In this document: piece by piece, positions 18,746 to 27,435 of the stretch
How positions within the stretch are numbered: position 1 is the stretch's first letter
Layout: each line of letters starts with the position of its first letter
Virus record (IMG/VR): IMGVR_UViG_3300027985_001102
Coordinates: 1 to 53,983 of that record
Source: a virus
Lineage: Duplodnaviria > Caudoviricetes
Strand: one strand, 5' to 3'
DNA: 53,983 nucleotides
Position numbers and translations under genes: made by a program
Notes under the pieces: generated by a model
The model's input: the letters and a program-made list of their open reading frames with translations, nothing else
The model's database searches: none
Told to the model about the DNA's origin: nothing

Positions 18746-20103
18746 AGCCCTTGCCATCCTCCGGCTCGTTCCACGAGCGCGTTTGAGGGGTAGTGGTGAA
18801 ACTGAGAGAGGAACCGCATCTGGACAATCTTTCGTCCGTTGCGCTTCCCAGTCTTCGATACGGTCCGCTTTGCTGACTGAATCGCTTCAGCAACGAACCG
18901 AACCACTTGCGGCGGGTACTTCGCCGCTCGCGAGGCTTTGGCGAGCTCAACAGCGCGATCCTGGACGCGCCGGTCGACCTTGCCGCGTTTGATTGCCCCG
19001 CATGACGGGCAGACGTTGTCTGTGAATTCGTTCGCTCGAAATACCCGCCCGCAAGCGTCGCAGGTCACCTGCGCTGGAAGCTTCGATCCCGTCGCCATGG
19101 CCTTGCCTGAGAGCGAGAAGTCACGGTCGTCATCTGGCAATCCGTGGAGGTGAGTCGCTCCCATCAGGTCGAGGACGCGAGCGAACGTCTTGCCTGGTGC
19201 GGGTCGGAGGACGCGGCCTGTCTTTTGCACGAGGCTCCCTGGGGACGCGCACCTGGTGCCGAGGATGGCTAGGAATGCGTCGGGTACGTCGAGCCCTTCG
19301 GTCAGCACGTGCACGCCAACGAGCACACGGAGCGACCCAAGTCGGAATCGCTCAATGAGGATGGCTCGGACTGCGGAGGGCGTGCTCTGTGTGATGCACG
19401 CCGATGGGACACCAAGCCGGTCGAGCCGGTGGGCAATGTCGTTTCCTGCCTTGATCGATCCTGGAAACACGATTGCCTTACGTTTTTCGCCATCAACGAC
19501 GCCGAACTTCAGGTAGCCTTTGACCGGATCCATGGCGAGCGTCTTGCTGACCGAATCAGGACGGTAGACCTCGACGGGGACGAGGTAACCCTGGTCGATT
19601 AGCTCGCGAGGCTGGGCAACGACGATCAAGTCCTCGAACTGCTCAAGCCCGGAGCCATCACCACGTTCGGGGGTGGCGGTGAACCCGAAGATGGTGGCGC
19701 CCTTGTAGGCCGCAACAAGGCTCCCCCATTCCGTGTCCTCGCGCGGATAGTGGTGCGCCTCGTCTACGATCACGAACGATGCTGTGGGGAGCTCCCGGCC
19801 GAGCAAGGTCTGCGTGCTGGCGACCTGGATCCGTGCGCCGGGCTTGGGGGTGACGCCGGCCTTGATGATCCCGACATCAAGCCCTAGAGCCCTCAGCTTG
19901 TCGGCAGCCTGGTCGACGAGCTCTGTGCGGTGGGCCAGCACAAGCCCTCGACCGCCCTTGCTTATGGCGGATTCTGCAAGGGCCGAAAACATAACAGTCT
20001 TGCCCGCACCGGTCGGAGCCACGAGCAGGATCGCACGGTTGCCCTTAGCGTAGCTATCGCGAGCCATCTCGATAGCCCTGACCTGGTATGGGCGGAGCTG
20101 CAC
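18742..20103 (-). CDS. SF2 DEAH helicase with C-terminal zinc finger
   Basis: LRPYQ, APTGAGKT, DEAHH, TATP, LTEGLDVP, QKTGRVLR, CDAC/CPSC. Confidence 0.92.
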   Translation of the reverse strand: MQLRPYQVRAIEMARDSYAKGNRAILLVAPTGAGKTVMFSALAESAISKGGRGLVLAHRTELVDQAADKLRALGLDVGIIKAGVTPKPGARIQVASTQTLLGRELPTASFVIVDEAHHYPREDTEWGSLVAAYKGATIFGFTATPERGDGSGLEQFEDLIVVAQPRELIDQGYLVPVEVYRPDSVSKTLAMDPVKGYLKFGVVDGEKRKAIVFPGSIKAGNDIAHRLDRLGVPSACITQSTPSAVRAILIERFRLGSLRVLVGVHVLTEGLDVPDAFLAILGTRCASPGSLVQKTGRVLRPAPGKTFARVLDLMGATHLHGLPDDDRDFSLSGKAMATGSKLPAQVTCDACGRVFRANEFTDNVCPSCGAIKRGKVDRRVQDRAVELAKASRAAKYPPQVVRFVAEAIQSAKRTVSKTGKRNGRKIVQMRFLSQFHHYPSNALVERAGGWQGL

Positions 20104-20106
20104 TAA

Positions 20107-20643
20107 TCAGCCCTCCGCCGCGAAAGGAAGTGCTTCCTGGGAGTCGTCCAGCTCGAGCGCGCGGTGAGTCTTGGCGATTGTATCGAGTTGGGTGGTCAAC
20201 GACTCCAGTTCCCCTGGGTCGTCACATTCGGAGATCCAGCGAATCACGTCCTCAGCAAGAGACACCTTGCTGTTGTGCACAAGATAGACCTGTCCGCGTG
20301 AGCGATCGAACACCTCAGTGTGAGTGAGCTTCTCGAGCGCGTTGATGTTGTCGTCGAGTACCGCTTTGACGGTCTTGATTCGCTTGCTGAAGTCGGCCTT
20401 GATGGTGGCGAACTCGGCCTCTAGCTCCGATTGAGTGCGCTTGATGTCTGTGATGTTCTCCTCGACACGCTGGATATCCTGCAATCCGTCATAGATTGCT
20501 GTGATGTCGAGGTCTGGAGACACAGGACGAGATGGCGTTGCCTCCATTGGTTCATCACTCTCAAAGTCATCGTCGAGCGGCTCCACCACGTGGATAGGGC
20601 TGTCAGTCTTCGGCTTGTTCTTCGATCCCTTCGGTCTTCCCAT
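20107..20643 (-). CDS. Hypothetical protein with N-terminal AT-hook-like GRPKGSKNK and a coiled coil
   Basis: GGAG RBS; follows cro. Confidence 0.6.
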   Translation of the reverse strand: MGRPKGSKNKPKTDSPIHVVEPLDDDFESDEPMEATPSRPVSPDLDITAIYDGLQDIQRVEENITDIKRTQSELEAEFATIKADFSKRIKTVKAVLDDNINALEKLTHTEVFDRSRGQVYLVHNSKVSLAEDVIRWISECDDPGELESLTTQLDTIAKTHRALELDDSQEALPFAAEG

Positions 20644-20645
20644 GT

Positions 20646-20891
20646 TCAGTCTCCCAGTTCAGAGTTAAGTGGCTCCCACAGTTCGGCTGCCAGTCGACCA
20701 TTCGTTATGTGAGCGAGAACGTTCGCCGACTGTCGAGCGGGCAGGCGAACGGCATGCCTCCACCGAGAAATCATCGTCGAATGAAAACGTGAGCGAATAG
20801 CGCGTGCTTCCGCCCCATTTTCCCGGAGAATTGCATCCAAAACGTCACACGCAGGGGGCCGCTGTTCAGGTGTCAACCTCTGTTCAGCCAT
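20646..20891 (-). CDS. Cro-like HTH protein
   Basis: MISRWRHAVRLP...LAHITNGRL; divergent from the repressor gene. Confidence 0.65.
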   Translation of the reverse strand: MAEQRLTPEQRPPACDVLDAILRENGAEARAIRSRFHSTMISRWRHAVRLPARQSANVLAHITNGRLAAELWEPLNSELGD

Positions 20892-20897
20892 TGCGCG

Positions 20898-20927
20898 ACG
20901 GTAGCCGCGTGGCTAACGTTAGTCAAG
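20898..20927 (-). promoter_or_regulatory. Leftward lytic sigma70 promoter with operator TAGCC-N4-GGCTA
   Basis: TTGACT-N17-TACCGT-N6-ATG; near-identical inverted copy at 22231-22256. Confidence 0.8.
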
Positions 20928-20990
20928 TGGATATCGTCAGGCGCGAAAAGGATGTGGTGAATGGGTTGTCCAGCTGACTATTCTTTTTGG

Positions 20991-21563
20991 ATGGCGACCT
21001 TGGGTGACCGTGTTTGGTATGCGATTCACTGCCTGCCCAGACGTGACGAAGGGCAGGTGCCGGACATGAAATCGTTGGAGCTGAGGGCTGGGATCTCGAA
21101 CGGGACCATCGGTAAGCTCGTGAAGGGAGCGCGAACGCGACCTGCAGCCAAAACCGTGTCGTCTCTGGCGGCTGTTCTCGGTGTTGGGGTGCCATGGCTT
21201 CTCGATGGTGTCGGCGTTTCCCCTACGCTCACCGGACCGCTCCCCCCTAGGCCTGGGGCGGAAGATTTGGACGCATGGCAACCGGATTCGGACACCGGGG
21301 TTTTCGTGAGGGAGATGATCGATCCGTACCCGTCGAGAGCCCCTGTGATTGCAGCACTTCGAAGCCGAGGGACGGACCGAGCTGTGATCGACGCGATGTT
21401 GGCCGAGTCCCATCTGACAGGGGACCCCGGCATTGATCGAGAAGACTATTGGTGGGAGCGTGTCCGTTTCTACTCGTCGAAGATCGAGAAGTTTTTGGGA
21501 ACGGACATTGACGGATCAGCGCTCGACTTTGTCCCTGGTACGAAGCCAAAGCGGAAGCGGTAG
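20991..21563 (+). CDS. XRE-family (CI-like) repressor
   Basis: LELRAGISNGTIGKLVKG...LAAVLGVGVPWLLDG; TATTCT-N6-ATG leaderless start. Confidence 0.8.
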   Translation: MATLGDRVWYAIHCLPRRDEGQVPDMKSLELRAGISNGTIGKLVKGARTRPAAKTVSSLAAVLGVGVPWLLDGVGVSPTLTGPLPPRPGAEDLDAWQPDSDTGVFVREMIDPYPSRAPVIAALRSRGTDRAVIDAMLAESHLTGDPGIDREDYWWERVRFYSSKIEKFLGTDIDGSALDFVPGTKPKRKR

Positions 21564-22178
21564 CTATTCTTCGTCGAACACGAGCAACCCGCCACGGGAC
21601 GGTTCGTCAGTGATTCGGACACGCTTCCCATGTGGGACCTCGCCTGTCCTGACAAACCGGCGAAGCGTATCCGTATCTGGCCATACGATTTCACCACGTG
21701 CGACGGTTCGGGAAGGGGTGGCGAGAGCTGTGCCACTCACGACACCGATCTCGCCCAGTCGAAGCAGTGCAACCGATTCGGTCACGCCGACGTATTTCGC
21801 GATGGCCCTTGGGTTGTTTCCATGGACACGGAACGCTGCCTGAACAACGCATCGGGGGGCACACAAGATGGCGCCGAGCAAGTCGCACATAGCCTCTAGG
21901 TTTGCGCCAACATATCCAATCCGCTGATAGTAGAAGTGACCGAGCTCATGGCCGCACACCCACCGCTGACGTGTCGGGGACAAGCGGGAAGATACAGCCA
22001 CACGGATGACTCTGTTGATGCTGGATAGCTGTCCTTGAGATCCGAACATCGGGACGACAAGTGGTGGGTACCCTGTGAGGCCTATGCACAGTGCACGAAT
22101 CGAGTGCGGTTCGCTGGGGTCGAGACCAGCCATTTGGATGAGGGCACGAGCGTCACCTTCCACTTCAGCGAGGTTCAC
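21564..22178 (-). CDS. ImmA/IrrE-family metallopeptidase (anti-repressor protease)
   Basis: RQRWVCGHELGH (HExxH), E..CD..GA.LCAP; TATAGT-N6-GTG. Confidence 0.88.
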   Translation of the reverse strand: MNLAEVEGDARALIQMAGLDPSEPHSIRALCIGLTGYPPLVVPMFGSQGQLSSINRVIRVAVSSRLSPTRQRWVCGHELGHFYYQRIGYVGANLEAMCDLLGAILCAPRCVVQAAFRVHGNNPRAIAKYVGVTESVALLRLGEIGVVSGTALATPSRTVARGEIVWPDTDTLRRFVRTGEVPHGKRVRITDEPSRGGLLVFDEE

Positions 22179-22230
22179 CACGGAACTATACGGTCCTTTT
22201 ATGAGGTGGTAAAAAATCTTTCGATAGCGG

Positions 22231-22261
22231 CTTGACTAATGTTAGCCGCGCGGCTATTGAT
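22231..22261 (+). promoter_or_regulatory. Rightward lytic sigma70 promoter with operator TAGCCGCGCGGCTA
   Basis: CTTGACTAATGTTAGCCGCGCGGCTA matches the reverse complement of 20902-20927 at 24 of 26 positions. Confidence 0.8.
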
Positions 22262-22267
22262 AGACGC

Positions 22268-22555
22268 ATGACACAGCGCGACTTTAGACCATGTTCTCTT
22301 TGCGGTGGGACTGGGACCGATGAGCCGTGTCCAGAGTGCGGCAAGAAGCTGCCGCGGGACGACGTGGCGCGGGCCATTGGGTTCGCTCGGGAAATGCTGG
22401 AGCAAGCATTCCCTGGCAAATGCCCCACGATCGTCACATCTGACAACTCGGCCCGTGTTCGAGTTGGCGGTGATGTGGTCTCAAACGTGAAGGCGTCCGA
22501 TGTCATGACGGCCATAAACATCGCTGTAATTCGAGCGATTCGGAGGGCAGCATGA
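22268..22555 (+). CDS. Zinc-finger hypothetical protein
   Basis: CSLC...CPEC; first gene after the promoter. Confidence 0.6.
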   Translation: MTQRDFRPCSLCGGTGTDEPCPECGKKLPRDDVARAIGFAREMLEQAFPGKCPTIVTSDNSARVRVGGDVVSNVKASDVMTAINIAVIRAIRRAA

Positions 22556-22734
22556 ACCCCATCCACAAGTGCTCATGCGGGAGAAAGTACACGGCAATCG
22601 AATGGGCTATGCTCCGATTGCTAGGGACAGAGTGCTACGAGTGGGGTGAGATCCACGAGCTGCGGAAGTGTGTATGCGGATCGACTCGAGTCGTCCTTAT
22701 CTCCGAGGGTGAGTGCGAGGAGGAGGCAGCGTGA
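22552..22734 (+). CDS. Small zinc-ribbon protein
   Basis: CSCG...CVCG; ATGA overlap; GGAGG RBS. Confidence 0.6.
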   Translation: MNPIHKCSCGRKYTAIEWAMLRLLGTECYEWGEIHELRKCVCGSTRVVLISEGECEEEAA

Positions 22735-22873
22735 TCGGCGACACGCTTCGTGTCTGGGAGTACGTGCACCCATCCAAGAGGGCTGGTGAGGCAGAGCGCC
22801 TCACCAGGCACGTGTCTCGGTGCTGGCGAGGTCGAGTCAGACGACTGGCGTTGGATGCCATATGGAGGACAGT

Positions 22874-23032
22874 ATGACCCCCGAAGCAATGGTCGCCAAG
22901 TACCTGGCAGCCTGCCGAATGCGCAGGGATCTGGCATCTATTCTTGGAGATGAGGAATGGGAGATGGACGCCCGTGACGCTGAGATGGACGCGGTACTGG
23001 CACTACAGCTTATAGCCGCTGGGCTTTGGTAG
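22874..23032 (+). CDS. Small hypothetical protein
   Basis: GGAGG RBS. Confidence 0.45.
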   Translation: MTPEAMVAKYLAACRMRRDLASILGDEEWEMDARDAEMDAVLALQLIAAGLW

Positions 23033-23051
23033 AGGGGTGGCTCCAGATCTT

Positions 23052-23094
23052 TGCCCCGAATGGTGACGCGGTTCGATTCCGCAACGGGGCACCA
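23052..23094 (+). ncRNA. tRNA-like top-half element (acceptor stem + T arm + ACCA; no D or anticodon arm)
   Basis: GCCCCG...GCGG-TTCGATT-CCGC-AA-CGGGGC-ACCA in an intergenic gap. Confidence 0.55.
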
Positions 23095-23145
23095 ACAGGC
23101 GTGTGACCAACTAGGTCGCGGACGCCAAAACGAAAGGGAACAGTC

Positions 23146-24708
23146 ATGCGTAAAATCAGCAAGATCACCGTTCGCAACTACCGAGGAATCGAAGAGCTCG
23201 ACCTGGACGTTTCGCCAGCAGGAGCAATCGCCAAAGGACGTAACGGTGCAGGGAAAACCACCCTACTGAAGGCCGTGAAGGCGTGCTTGCTCGCTCAGGA
23301 TGTGGGCTCCGACGCAATTCGAAAGGGGGCTAACAAGTCCGAGATCCTGGTGGACATTGATGACCTGCAGGTTAGGAGGGTCATTACCGAAAAAGGGAGC
23401 CGTCTCGACGTCGGTAAGGGCGAATTCCTTGTCAAGGCACCCCAAACGTACCTGAAGGAGCTGTTGGGGACTTCGACCTTGGATCCGATGGATCTGCTCA
23501 TGTTGAAGGGCAAAGAGCGCCGAGCAAAGGTCCTTGCAGCCCTTCCAGTAACAGTGACAGTGGAGCAGCTCCGCAAGTGGTGGGACAAGTGTCCAGACAA
23601 CTACGACTGCAGTGGACATGGACTCGACGTGATCGCGACGGTGCGCGACATGGCCTACAGAAAGAGAACGGACACGAACAGGGTCGTAAAAGAAGCAGAG
23701 CAAGCCTTGCGTCAGGCTCGTCGGGTGGCCGAATCTATTGTGGCTCCGGACGCCGAACCCAACCTTGACCACTTGCAGAATGTGGCCGACGCCGCTCGAG
23801 CAGCGGCGACAGGGCTCCGGTCCAGGCATGCCGAGGCTGAGCGTCAGATCGAGGCTATGTCTGGCAATAGGTCCAAAGTGGAATCGCTTCGAGCCAAGGC
23901 GGATGCTATTCGCGCCGAGGCCAAACCCGTTGCTGAAGAAGAAATTGAACATGCGACCGAAGCGGTTCACGAGTCGCGCGATGCGGTGGCAAGGCTTCGC
24001 GCGCAGCTCGAGTCCGCCGAAATCACGCTACGCAATTGCGAGCGTGCTGCAATCGGGCTGCACGCGGAAAATGAGAGATACGAGTCGGCTATTGAGCAGG
24101 CTAGGGGGATTGAGCAACAAGCCGATGAGCTTGAGTCGGCCATTGAATCGGCGATGATCCGACCCGTCGCAGGGGTCGAGATTGCAGCTGCAGAGCTTGA
24201 AGCCCATACCGCACAAGACGCTCTCGCCCAAGCCAGAGCGGATGCCGCTCGGATCCGTGAGGCAAGTGCAGCCAAGAAGGTGCTGCTTCTCGCAGAGGAA
24301 AACGCGAGCAAGGCAAAAGGGGAGGCCGAAAGGCTTGACTCCATTGTCAAAGCGCTTACCAACGATGCGCCAGCCGAACTGCTTGCGGCCGCAGACGGGA
24401 TCCAAGGTCTCACCATCGATGGGGACGAGGTGCTCCTTGATGGGGTTCGGCTCGACGCTTTGTGCGGCGCGGAGCAGATCCGTTTCTGCGTTGAGGTCGC
24501 TCGACGCGCAAATGAAAAGTCAAAGATTCTGATCTGCGATGGTCTCGAACGGCTCGACCCTGAAGCTATGGACGTGTTTGTTCAGGAAGCAACTCGTGGT
24601 GGGTACCAGTTGCTTGCCACCCGTGTGGACAGGGGGGACGTGGTCATTGAAGCAATCGAATCTGGACCGGTCGAGTCGGAAGCTACAGAAGAAAGGGCGG
24701 TGGCGTGA
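23146..24708 (+). CDS. SMC/Rad50-like AAA ATPase with long coiled coil
   Basis: VRNYRGI, GRNGAGKT, LCGAEQ signature, ILICDGLERLD. Confidence 0.85.
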   Translation: MRKISKITVRNYRGIEELDLDVSPAGAIAKGRNGAGKTTLLKAVKACLLAQDVGSDAIRKGANKSEILVDIDDLQVRRVITEKGSRLDVGKGEFLVKAPQTYLKELLGTSTLDPMDLLMLKGKERRAKVLAALPVTVTVEQLRKWWDKCPDNYDCSGHGLDVIATVRDMAYRKRTDTNRVVKEAEQALRQARRVAESIVAPDAEPNLDHLQNVADAARAAATGLRSRHAEAERQIEAMSGNRSKVESLRAKADAIRAEAKPVAEEEIEHATEAVHESRDAVARLRAQLESAEITLRNCERAAIGLHAENERYESAIEQARGIEQQADELESAIESAMIRPVAGVEIAAAELEAHTAQDALAQARADAARIREASAAKKVLLLAEENASKAKGEAERLDSIVKALTNDAPAELLAAADGIQGLTIDGDEVLLDGVRLDALCGAEQIRFCVEVARRANEKSKILICDGLERLDPEAMDVFVQEATRGGYQLLATRVDRGDVVIEAIESGPVESEATEERAVA

Positions 24709-25598
24709 TGTCTGTCACCTTCCTGAAACGCATCACCATACCAGAGTACAATGCAATCGATGCGGTCAACTACTCAACGTTGAAGCACATTCTGAAGTCG
24801 CCGAGACACTTTCGACACGTTCGCACCGCGGGGACAGCACAGACCGAGGCGATGTCCCTCGGGTTGGCATGTCACAGCGCCACACTTGAGCCAGACAAGT
24901 TCGAATCAGACTACTCCGTGTGGAATCAACGCACCAAATCAGGACGAACATCGCCACGTAACGGTAAGTCGTGGGATCACTTCCTGCGATGCAACATAGG
25001 TAAAACTGTCATCACTGAGAAGCAGTACGAGATCGCCACCGTCATGCGTGACTCGGTTCGGTCAGACCCTACCTCAATGCAGTTTCTGGTCGCGGGGGAG
25101 GCGGAAGTCGCAATGGTTTGGGTCGACCCTATTACGGGTCTCCTGTGCAAGGGGAGAGTGGACTGGCTTGCCAGGATAGATCTGGAACCAGTGATTGTTG
25201 GTCTCAAGACCGCCGTTGAATCAGGGTTGGACGCATTCTCTAGGCAGTCCAATCGCCTGTTGTATCACCTACAGTGGGCCATGTACCGCGAGGGGTTCGT
25301 TGCGCTCACAGGAGAAATCCCGCGCGTCGTGGAAATCGCTGTCGAATCAAAGCCTCCACACGATCCGGTGGTCTACGAGATTGGACCAGACGTGATCGAA
25401 CCAGGTATTGTTCTGTTTCGTCAGGCCATGGGCGAGGTTGCGAAGTGCCGGCGGACCAATACGTGGCCAGGTCAAGGCCGAGGAGAGATCGTCTCGCTAA
25501 CGCTCCCATCCTGGGCAGCAGGGGTGCCGAGTGACGAGGATGTTTCCCTGGACATGACCGGAATCGACATGTCTGCGCTCGAAGGATTGGAGGCCTAA
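24708..25598 (+). CDS. RecE/DUF3799-like PD-(D/E)XK exonuclease
   Basis: NYSTLK..LKSP, GLACHSATLEP, CKGRVDW, LKT, YHLQWAMY, AVESKPP. Confidence 0.85.
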   Translation: MSVTFLKRITIPEYNAIDAVNYSTLKHILKSPRHFRHVRTAGTAQTEAMSLGLACHSATLEPDKFESDYSVWNQRTKSGRTSPRNGKSWDHFLRCNIGKTVITEKQYEIATVMRDSVRSDPTSMQFLVAGEAEVAMVWVDPITGLLCKGRVDWLARIDLEPVIVGLKTAVESGLDAFSRQSNRLLYHLQWAMYREGFVALTGEIPRVVEIAVESKPPHDPVVYEIGPDVIEPGIVLFRQAMGEVAKCRRTNTWPGQGRGEIVSLTLPSWAAGVPSDEDVSLDMTGIDMSALEGLEA

Positions 25599-25600
25599 CA

Positions 25601-26260
25601 ATGGCACGCGTTCCACACATCTCAGAGCTATCACTCGATGTTATGTTTCCGGATAAGTTCCTGAAAGCAGCACACCTACAGGGACATACTCCGATTGTTA
25701 CGATCGAAAACATCAAGGTCGATATCGTCCCAATGTCAGGGGGAAAGAAGTCGGCAGCAACCATCATCACGTTCAAGAACAAGCAGAAGGAGTTCATTTG
25801 CAACAAAACGAACGGTTTTGCCATCGGTGTACTGCTCGGGTCACAGCGCCCAATCGATTGGATTGGAAAACGGATCCAGCTAACTGCAGACATAGAAGAT
25901 GACCGTAAAACACGTCAGGAAGTGCCATGTATTCGGGTACTTGGCAGCCCTGATGCCTCACCGGAACAAGCCGCCGAATACCGCCAGTGTTGGCGCGGGC
26001 AGCGGAAAGGGGGTGCGTTGTGCGCCAGGCTCAAGATGGCAGTGCAGCGAATGCTCACAGCTGGAAGAATCGCTCCGGTTGAGCCCGCTCCTGACGTCGT
26101 TGTTGATGATGATGACGGTCCGGAGATTGAGCCGATTCCAGAGGATGACTGGTCGGACGATGACATCCCGACGGATGCCCAGACGGAACCCAAAACGAGC
26201 GCACCCGCACAAGCGAGTGAGCAGATCGACGAAACCCACCTTTCACCAAGCGGGAAGTAA
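25601..26260 (+). CDS. Putative ssDNA-binding/recombination mediator protein
   Basis: FP.KFLKAAHL...TI..I...NKTN...W.GKRI.L pattern and acidic tail; follows the exonuclease. Confidence 0.6.
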   Translation: MARVPHISELSLDVMFPDKFLKAAHLQGHTPIVTIENIKVDIVPMSGGKKSAATIITFKNKQKEFICNKTNGFAIGVLLGSQRPIDWIGKRIQLTADIEDDRKTRQEVPCIRVLGSPDASPEQAAEYRQCWRGQRKGGALCARLKMAVQRMLTAGRIAPVEPAPDVVVDDDDGPEIEPIPEDDWSDDDIPTDAQTEPKTSAPAQASEQIDETHLSPSGK

Positions 26261-26325
26261 GCCATGGACCGGATTCTCATTCTCGACACAGCATGCGGAC
26301 CAATACTATCCGTTAGAGGTGGATC

Positions 26326-26508
26326 TTGAATCACACAGTAAGAAATGCATTTCGTGGATACCGAAAGACTGGCGGAAAGTTGTCCCTTCGAGCTTGGGTG
26401 CGTGATGCGCTGCCAGATGGGGATCGTGTCCGAACCTCATTTCGTGAATGGGCTGAAAGGAAAGGCATCCGAGCACGGACGCTGGCTCGGAGGGGAGCGA
26501 ATGCCTAG
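26326..26508 (+). CDS. Small basic hypothetical protein
   Basis: GAGG RBS; stop overlaps the methyltransferase ATG. Confidence 0.5.
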   Translation: MNHTVRNAFRGYRKTGGKLSLRAWVRDALPDGDRVRTSFREWAERKGIRARTLARRGANA

Positions 26509-26976
26509 GGCCGTCCCCCCCCCCAGAAGCCCGCTACTTCGAAGCAGGACTACCAGACGGACCCAGCGTTCATCCGGGCCGTTGTGCGCCGCTGGGGGCC
26601 GTTGGCGTTCGATCTGGCCGCCCATGGGCGGAACACGCAGTGCGAGCGGTACTTCTCAAAGGAGCAGAACTCGCTGGTTCAGGACTGGGGCAGCATCGGC
26701 GGGAACCTGTGGCTCAACCCGCCGTTCGCCAATATCGATCCGTGGGCCGCCAAGTGTGCCCGGACGACGTTGCAACCTGGGTCTAGGATCCTTTTCCTGA
26801 CACCGGCAGCGGTGTCCACAAACTGGTTTGCCGATCACGTCTACGGCCGAGCTCGCGTGTTCGCGATTCGACCTCGGCTGGTTTTCGTGGGGCACATTAT
26901 TGGATTCCCCAAGGACATGATCCTGAGCGTCTACGGGGAACCGCCGGCGTTCTGCTTATGGAGGTGGGACCGATGA
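26501..26976 (+). pseudogene. Phage Dam-family (PF05869-like) N6-adenine methyltransferase, out of frame at a C10 tract (26515-26524)
   Basis: SKQDYQTD, FDLAA, WLNPPF, TNWF motifs; the ATG at 26501 with a strong RBS is in frame only with 8 or 11 Cs. Confidence 0.8.
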
Positions 26977-27158
26977 GCGTTCAGACGATACCCGCCCGCG
27001 AGCTGGTCTGCGACCGATGCAAGCGCGGGATTGCCCACCCTGACGCGACGTTTATAGCAAGCGCACGCCAGGACGTGGATGACTTGCTGTCTGAGATAGA
27101 CAGGCTGACTGCGGAACTGGCACGAGTGAGCACGATCGCAACGAAGCTACTCGGGTGA
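26973..27158 (+). CDS. Small Ead/Ea22-like protein
   Basis: DATFIASARQDVDDLLSEIDRL motif. Confidence 0.55.
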   Translation: MSVQTIPARELVCDRCKRGIAHPDATFIASARQDVDDLLSEIDRLTAELARVSTIATKLLG

Positions 27159-27171
27159 GAAAGGTGGGAGC

Positions 27172-27435
27172 GTGTACAAAACAATTGAGGAAGCAGCCAA
27201 GGAGCTGAGGATGTCCCCCGACGCGCTTCGGCGTCGATGCGCTCGAGCGGCGCGCAAGATCGGGAGAGACATCACCGCGCAGCTGGGAGACGGCGTAGTT
27301 GCTGTGAAATTTGGCAGGAGTTGGCGTGTCAGATTCGGGTCGGGTAACCTCTCAGGAGCATGTCCGACCGCTCAGAGGAGATCCCATGAGCGTTCGCAAA
27401 ACAAAGAAGAACGGCAAGCCCATCCTGCTCATTGA
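27172..27435 (+). CDS. xis: Excisionase-like HTH protein
   Basis: YKTIEEAAKELRMSPDALRR...KFGRSWRV; directly upstream of the integrase. Confidence 0.75.
   Translation: MYKTIEEAAKELRMSPDALRRRCARAARKIGRDITAQLGDGVVAVKFGRSWRVRFGSGNLSGACPTAQRRSHERSQNKEERQAHPAH

Noticed and set aside
23052-23094. Complete tRNA gene or attP core
   Set aside because: No D or anticodon arm; a better attP with arm sites lies next to the integrase.
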